From a virus (taxonomy: Duplodnaviria > Caudoviricetes), in IMG/VR virus record IMGVR_UViG_3300001598_001791, positions 1-64,000 of that record: 64,000 bases of DNA; one strand, 5' to 3'. The notes beneath the pieces were generated by a model. The model did not search any database, had not been told where the DNA came from, and was given only the letters and a program-made list of their open reading frames with translations. Positions 58,440 through 64,000 of this stretch are shown here, piece after piece (position 1 is the stretch's first letter; each line of letters begins with the position of its first letter). A program made the translations under genes and the position numbers.

Positions 58440-59459
58440 CTGACAAAAAAAGAAGCTTGAGAAAAAGATAAAATAAATTTAAAAGTTTCTCCAGCACAAT
58501 ATAAAGAAGAATTTGAATGGCTGTCTGAAGTAGATAGTCATGCACTTGGTAATGCTCAATTAGATTTGAATGCCGCATATTCTAATTTTTTCAGAGGACT
58601 CAAAAAGAAACAAAATATTGGATTCCCCAAATTTAAGTCAAAGAAATTTTCGAAAAGAAGTTATACAACTAATATAGCGAATAAAGACTCAACATCAATA
58701 AGGCTTGAAGATGATCATTTCTTAGTTCTTCCTAAGCTAGGTAGAGTAAGATTTAGAAAATCTAGGGATGTTGTTGGTAAAATAAAATCAGCTACAATTT
58801 TTCAAAATGCAGTTGGAAAATACTTTGTAAGTATCTTAGTCGAATACGAATGAGAAAAACCAAATTATCAAATAAACTTAGAAAATTCAATTGGTCTAGA
58901 TTATTCATCTCCTGATTTCTATGTAGATAACTTTGGAAACTCTCCTGAAAAGATTAAATTCTTTAGAGAGTATGAAGATCAGTTAGCTAAAGAACAAAGA
59001 AAATTAGCAAACATGAAATTAAACTCAAACAATTATCAAAAGCAAAGAAAGAAAGTTGCAAAAGTATATGAGAAGATAGCCAATTCTCGTTTAGATTTTT
59101 GTCATAAACTTTCTACACAACTTGCTAACCAATATGATATTGTTTGTGTTGAAGATATAAATTTAAGAGCTATGTCTCAATGTCTTACTTTAGGCAAAGC
59201 AACTATGGACAATGTGTTTGGAATGTTTAGATCTTTTCTACAGTACAAACTAGAAGATAGAGGTAAAGAATTTGTAAAGATAGACAAATGGACTCCAACA
59301 TCTACGGTATGTTCAGTTTGTGGAACGTATCATAAAGATATAGTCTCTAATCTCTCTGTTAGAGAATGGACATGTCCAGATTGTGGGACTATCCACAACA
59401 GAGATATCAACGCTGCTGAAAATATTAGATTAGCTGGAATTAGTTTACTCACAACATAA
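58330..59459 (+). pseudogene. tnpB: TnpB RNA-guided nuclease gene with two +1 frameshifts in A-runs
   Basis: KAYKFKLEP and GCVRFIYN N-terminus; RuvC IGLD, VEDIN and RDINAA; CSVC/CPDC Zn finger; frame changes at 58336-58341 and 58445-58451; two TGA. Confidence 0.8.
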
Positions 59460-59571
59460 GTTGTGTTAAAATAATTATACAGGGTAGGGACTACCCGGTG
59501 AGCCTGTTGATACTGTGCCAGTTATGGCACTTGAGCAGGAATGGTCTTAGCTTTAGCTGAGACCTAGTTCA
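59460..59571 (+). ncRNA. TnpB omega/reRNA scaffold and IS right end
   Basis: GGGTAGGGACTACCC, CCTGTT/GAGCAGG and terminal hairpin downstream of tnpB. Confidence 0.55.
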
Positions 59572-59592
59572 AATATAGTAAAGGAGATCTTT

Positions 59593-59919
59593 ATGAATAT
59601 AGAAAAGAAAATTCCATTAATTGTTTGCCCTGTTTGCGGACAAACCTATGTTCCATCTGAAGTATTTATCCCTGAATCATTTTTTGGAGATCAAAAAGAA
59701 GTTATTAAAGATAACCAAGGAAAAGTTGAATTCTACACTGGGGATGACATGGATCTTGAAGAAGAATATATTTGTGATGGATGCGGTACTAAATTGAAGA
59801 TAATTGCAGATTTAAGTTTTGATGTTATACCTGAAGATAAATTTGATGATGAATATACTGTTGAAATAAATAAACCTGCTAAATTAAAACTAAGAGAAAC
59901 CGACTTATTTAATGATTAA
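59593..59919 (+). CDS. Zn-ribbon protein
   Basis: CPVCG and CDGCG; AAGGAG RBS. Confidence 0.7.
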   Translation: MNIEKKIPLIVCPVCGQTYVPSEVFIPESFFGDQKEVIKDNQGKVEFYTGDDMDLEEEYICDGCGTKLKIIADLSFDVIPEDKFDDEYTVEINKPAKLKLRETDLFND

Positions 59920-61591
59920 AATAACTGAGATACCATCAATAAAGGTAGTAGGTGAAACGTCACTATCAATAGAGTTTCCATTTGATGAAAAGGTTATTAA
60001 AATTATAAAAGAAGCAGGAGATTCTGTTTGGAATAAAAAATTAAAAATATGGGAATTACCAACAAATAAATTATCATTTTTAATAGATAACTTAACATAT
60101 ATTAGTGATATTGAAATAAATTTATTACCGGATATTGAGAAAACTAAAACATTATTAAATAAAAATTATAAAACAACACCTTTTAGTTATCAAGAAGAGG
60201 GAATACAATACATTGTTGATAATAAAAATATTTTACTCCTGGATCAGCCAGGTACTGGAAAGACATTGCAAACAATCTATGCCGCACAAGAGTTAAAAGA
60301 AAAAGAAGGTTATGGACATTGTCTTGTTATCTGTGGGATTAATTCATTAAAAACCAATTGGGAAAAGGAGATTCATAAACACTCAGAACTTGATTGTATA
60401 ATTATAGGTAAACAAATAACCAAAAAAGGTACTGTTAAATATGCATCTATCAAAGAAAGAGCTGATCAATTATATAATAAAATAGATGAATTCTTCGTTA
60501 TTATAAACATAGAATCATTGAGAGATAACTTAGTTATAGATGCTATTTTAAATAGTGTTAATAAGTGGGATATGATTGTAATAGATGAGTGTCATCGAGT
60601 AAAAGATCCTGGAAGTATTCAAGGTAAGAATTTCTTAAAATTATCTAAGGTAGGTAAGTCACATTTAGGTTTAACTGGTACCTTATTAGTAAATGAGCCA
60701 ATGGACTCATATGTACCTTTAAAATTCATTGGAAAAGAAAAGGGTACCTGGACTAATTTTAAACAATTCTATTGTATTTATGAACAAAAATTTGGACACA
60801 ATCAAATAGTAGGATACAAAAATCTAGATGTATTAAAAGAAGAAATAGGTGAATGTTCAATCAGGCGAACAAAGGATCGTTTAGGATTTCAATTACCGCC
60901 AAAAACTATTTTACCTGAATATATTGAAATGAGTGATAGGCAGTTAAAATTTTATGATGATATTTCTAAAGGTGTTTTAGATGAAGTAGACCGTGTTGAG
61001 ATAAAAACAACATCATTATTAGGTTTGGTTATCAGATTAAGGCAGGCCTCAACGTGCCCATCTGTCTTAACAACTTCAATTGAAATAGATTCATGTAAAG
61101 TAAAAAGAGCGATTGAACTAGTTGATGAGATAGTAGGTAATGGTGAAAAAGTTGTTATATTTTCTACTTTTAAAGAGCCATTGAATATCTTAAAAAATAT
61201 ATTATCAAAATATAATCCATTATTGGGTACGGGTGACATCTCAGATGATGAAGTATCCCAGAATATAGATAAATTTCAAACAGATGATAAATATAAAGTA
61301 TTTCTAGGAACATTTTCTAAAACATCAACAGGTGTAACCTTAAATGCTGCTAGTTATATGATTATGCTTGATGAACCGTGGACATATGCCCTATTTGAGC
61401 AGGCAACAGATAGAATTCACCGTATTAATAACGTTAATCCGGCTTTTATTTATGTATTAATAGCTGAAAACACTATTGATGAAAGAGTATTCTCATTAGT
61501 TGAAAAGAAAAAAGAATTAAGTGATGACATAATTGATGATTCATTACAAAGAGAAGAACTGTTAGAATTAATAAAAGGAAGTAAATTCTAG
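59912..61591 (+). CDS. SNF2-like superfamily 2 helicase
   Basis: LDQPGTGKT, IDECH, LTGT..N, RRTK, LIRLRQ, KVVIFS, GVTLNAA and QATDRIHR motifs. Confidence 0.9.
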   Translation: MIKITEIPSIKVVGETSLSIEFPFDEKVIKIIKEAGDSVWNKKLKIWELPTNKLSFLIDNLTYISDIEINLLPDIEKTKTLLNKNYKTTPFSYQEEGIQYIVDNKNILLLDQPGTGKTLQTIYAAQELKEKEGYGHCLVICGINSLKTNWEKEIHKHSELDCIIIGKQITKKGTVKYASIKERADQLYNKIDEFFVIINIESLRDNLVIDAILNSVNKWDMIVIDECHRVKDPGSIQGKNFLKLSKVGKSHLGLTGTLLVNEPMDSYVPLKFIGKEKGTWTNFKQFYCIYEQKFGHNQIVGYKNLDVLKEEIGECSIRRTKDRLGFQLPPKTILPEYIEMSDRQLKFYDDISKGVLDEVDRVEIKTTSLLGLVIRLRQASTCPSVLTTSIEIDSCKVKRAIELVDEIVGNGEKVVIFSTFKEPLNILKNILSKYNPLLGTGDISDDEVSQNIDKFQTDDKYKVFLGTFSKTSTGVTLNAASYMIMLDEPWTYALFEQATDRIHRINNVNPAFIYVLIAENTIDERVFSLVEKKKELSDDIIDDSLQREELLELIKGSKF

Positions 61592-61620
61592 TTTACTTCC
61601 TTTTTATTTTGTTGTATAAT
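61592..61620 (+). promoter_or_regulatory. sigma70/sigmaA-type promoter
   Basis: TTTACT-N17-TATAAT with TG upstream of the -10. Confidence 0.7.
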
Positions 61621-61647
61621 GATAAGGTAGTAATTAGAGAGGTAGAT

Positions 61648-62190
61648 ATGAGTGATGTATTGGTTATTCATCTAGATGACAGAAGCACAGATTTTTTAAA
61701 ATTAATCTATAAAGATAAAAATTATGATATTATAAATGATGGTAATATGAGAAATAGTGAGTTAGTAGATCAAATTAGAAATCATAATAAAATTATTATG
61801 ATGGGTCATGGTCTTCCTTATGGGTTAATTAATGTAAATAGAGGACCTAAAAATTTGAATTTATTTTTTATCAATGACTCACATGCCGACTTATTAAGAG
61901 AAAAAGAAACTGTTTCTATATGGTGTTTCTCAGATGAGTATTTTAGTAGAAATACTATTAAAGGTTTTCATACAGGGATGATCATATCAGAAACTTCAGA
62001 AGAACGTATGGTTTTAAATTATGAACCACTTAATAAAGATGAATTGCTTGATAATATGAATTTTATGGCAACTATATTTAGTGAATGTATTGAGTTATCT
62101 CCTGAAGAGATAAGGTCTTATATGCTAACTAATTATAATAGACATGATCCTGTTAGTGAATTTAATAGAAAAAACATGATTGTTATTTAG
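61648..62190 (+). CDS. hypothetical protein, possibly clan CD peptidase-like
   Basis: AGAGG RBS favours ATG at 61648 over TTG at 61609; IIMMGHG...VSIWC motif. Confidence 0.6.
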   Translation: MSDVLVIHLDDRSTDFLKLIYKDKNYDIINDGNMRNSELVDQIRNHNKIIMMGHGLPYGLINVNRGPKNLNLFFINDSHADLLREKETVSIWCFSDEYFSRNTIKGFHTGMIISETSEERMVLNYEPLNKDELLDNMNFMATIFSECIELSPEEIRSYMLTNYNRHDPVSEFNRKNMIVI

Positions 62191-62202
62191 TAGGTGAGAT
62201 AG

Positions 62203-62973
62203 ATGTTAGAAGATGTATATAAAAGTTATAGAAAACTTGCAGATGAGGTAAGTTGGAAAAAGTATAATATCAATGAATTATTTTTTAAAACAATAGAATA
62301 TGAAAATACTGATTTGTATGAAAAATACTATGCAGGTGTTATTTGTAGAGTATGGGGTTATTCTGGTAAAGTGTTTAGATCAGTTAACCGTCATATACCA
62401 TTTGATCAATGTTATGATATTGTAATAGATGCAGTAAATTATGTGTTATCTAAAAGAGTTTGGGAAAGTGAGAATAGTTCACTATATGGTGATAAATCAG
62501 CCCCTGATAAAGCTTTTCATATTGCCCTTAGGAGACAGAGATCCATTATCCTTTCTAGCCTTACAGCTGATAAAAGGCAGTCTAATTTTAATAATTTAAG
62601 TATAGATTCTTTTAGAGAAGAATATAATGATGCCTCTGATGGGTTACTAATATTCAATCAAACAGAATACTCAGATAATACTAAAATCAGAAGTTTAATA
62701 ACTCATTATTTTGATCATAATTATCCTGTAAAAGGTTTTGCTTTAGATTTCATTTGTTTTGGGAATTCAGATCAATTTTCTACTGATAGAATAATCAAAC
62801 AAATAAAGGAAATAAATTGTAATGAATATAATTATTACAACTTAGTTTACGGGATATCAAAACAACAATATAATAGATATGTTAATGAAATTAAACATAC
62901 TAGTAAACAGATTATAAATTATCAAATAAAGGGTTTACTATATGAGTTAAGAAAGGAGTATGTTAATGCGTAA
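62203..62973 (+). CDS. putative sigma-factor-like protein
   Basis: Region-2-like CYD.V.DAV.Y.L...W followed by KR..NF..LSID; weak, by-eye call. Confidence 0.35.
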   Translation: MLEDVYKSYRKLADEVSWKKYNINELFFKTIEYENTDLYEKYYAGVICRVWGYSGKVFRSVNRHIPFDQCYDIVIDAVNYVLSKRVWESENSSLYGDKSAPDKAFHIALRRQRSIILSSLTADKRQSNFNNLSIDSFREEYNDASDGLLIFNQTEYSDNTKIRSLITHYFDHNYPVKGFALDFICFGNSDQFSTDRIIKQIKEINCNEYNYYNLVYGISKQQYNRYVNEIKHTSKQIINYQIKGLLYELRKEYVNA

Positions 62974-63790
62974 TATTGATGCAAGATTTTTTGTAATTCA
63001 TGGGTGGATGATGAGTAAATTAGGTTTATGCGGATGTGATCGTGACGTTTATTCAATTATATATGGTTTCTCACAAGATGGTGAAAGTGACTATCATGGT
63101 AGTATCGGATATCTATCAGATCTCACTCAATACTCAAAAAGATCATGTGGTAACTCGTTAAAATTTCTAACTGACTCAAAATTAGTAATTAAATACTGGG
63201 AACCTAATGCTAAGTCTGCTACCTATAAAATTAATTTTAATATTATTAATAATTTCAATAATGAAGATAATTCTGGCAATGAAGATACTTCCTCTCTACC
63301 AGAAAATACTTCTGGTGAACAAGAAGATACTTCTGGTATAACGGAAAATACTTCCTACAATAATATAGATATAAAAAATAATAATAAAATTATAAATAAT
63401 ACTGATTCTCTTTTAGAAAATAATAAATATATTAAAGAAAAGAGTTTACAAGAGACTGTCGATGAGGTGATTGATTTTATGAACACTACGTGCCATACCT
63501 CATTTAAGAAAACAACCAATGGGACTAAGCGGAAAATTAAATCACTAATAAAACAAGGTTTTAGTTTACAAGATATGAAAAATGTTATATTATGTAAATA
63601 TGAACAGTGGGGAAAGAAACCTATTAAATTTAGTAATGGCCAAATGAGTGATGCCTATCTAAGGCCAGATACTTTATTCAGTGATAAATTTGAAAGTTAT
63701 CTATCTGAATACCAAAAGAATACCCCAAAACAACGTTCAAATGAAAATAATATCGATATCAATAATATAGAAATAATTGATGAGTATTAA
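62960..63790 (+). CDS. replication initiator-like protein (N-terminal HTH, C-terminal TIGR02220-like domain)
   Basis: IYSIIYGFSQDGE..Y.GS..YL; VIDFMN...F...LI..GF...D..YLRPDTLFS.KFESYL. Confidence 0.75.
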   Translation: MLMRNIDARFFVIHGWMMSKLGLCGCDRDVYSIIYGFSQDGESDYHGSIGYLSDLTQYSKRSCGNSLKFLTDSKLVIKYWEPNAKSATYKINFNIINNFNNEDNSGNEDTSSLPENTSGEQEDTSGITENTSYNNIDIKNNNKIINNTDSLLENNKYIKEKSLQETVDEVIDFMNTTCHTSFKKTTNGTKRKIKSLIKQGFSLQDMKNVILCKYEQWGKKPIKFSNGQMSDAYLRPDTLFSDKFESYLSEYQKNTPKQRSNENNIDINNIEIIDEY

Positions 63791-63801
63791 AGGAGGTAAC
63801 C

Positions 63802-64000
63802 GTGGATAGTAGTAAATGTTGGTTAAAGAATGATTGCAGTTGTGTTGATTGTGATTCTCCTAGTTGTATAAGGTTAGTAAAATTAGATTATTTATATACT
63901 AATGCCAATATCTCACTGAATCAAAGATATGATGTAAAATTAAAAATAATTTCAGGTGTGAATAATGTTGATAGTGAATCATTTAAACGATTAGGAGATA
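63802..64000 (+). CDS. 3'-truncated protein, possibly a DnaC-like helicase loader
   Basis: AGGAGG RBS, GTG start, Cys-rich N-terminus, follows the initiator. Confidence 0.45.
   Translation, partial: MDSSKCWLKNDCSCVDCDSPSCIRLVKLDYLYTNANISLNQRYDVKLKIISGVNNVDSESFKRLGD

Larger units (their letters stand above)
57673..59572 (+). mobile_element. IS200/IS605-family element (tnpA + tnpB + small RHH gene); ends approximate
   Basis: Subterminal hairpins sharing GCTTTAGC at 57672-57718 and 59543-59564; right end TAGTTCA; Y1 transposase and TnpB ORFs. Confidence 0.85.

Noticed and set aside
1-64000. tRNA genes, including a UGA suppressor tRNA-Trp
   Set aside because: No cloverleaf with T-loop and D-loop consensus was seen by eye; tRNAscan-SE/ARAGORN on the full genome is needed

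Overview
64-kb segment of a large, AT-rich, T4-like (contractile-tailed) jumbo phage, almost all on the + strand. Gene order: Thr/Ser/Gly-rich fibre genes and a lysis cassette (1-17.9 kb), terminase-portal-prohead protease-major capsid protein (18-32.6 kb), neck/sheath/tube/tape-measure/baseplate/fibre genes (33.5-57.6 kb), an IS200/IS605 element (57.7-59.6 kb) and the start of a replication block (59.6-64 kb). The supplied code-11 ORF track is misleading because TGA encodes Trp here (code 4). Reading TGA as Trp fuses dozens of fragments into full genes that end in TAA/TAG next to the following gene. Main findings: (1) the major capsid gene is split by eight group I introns into nine exons that rejoin in frame to 454 aa; (2) the terminase is a fractured gene, with a naturally split intein and a free-standing GIY-YIG endonuclease between its halves; (3) TGA-Trp codons are absent from the GT2 gene and the replication block (23/23 Trp are TGG) and from the major head/tube genes, but common in lysis, baseplate, fibre, endonuclease and IS genes; together with CHAP lysins and a holin, this suggests a phage-driven code switch in a walled host; (4) two paralogous promoter/terminator-bracketed small RNAs with anti-Shine-Dalgarno-like linkers follow the capsid gene; (5) a conserved candidate late promoter, TGCTAAA(A/T)TTA(A/T)TATA. 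Protein family calls come from motifs read by eye; no database search was run. No tRNA, CRISPR array or reverse transcriptase was seen.
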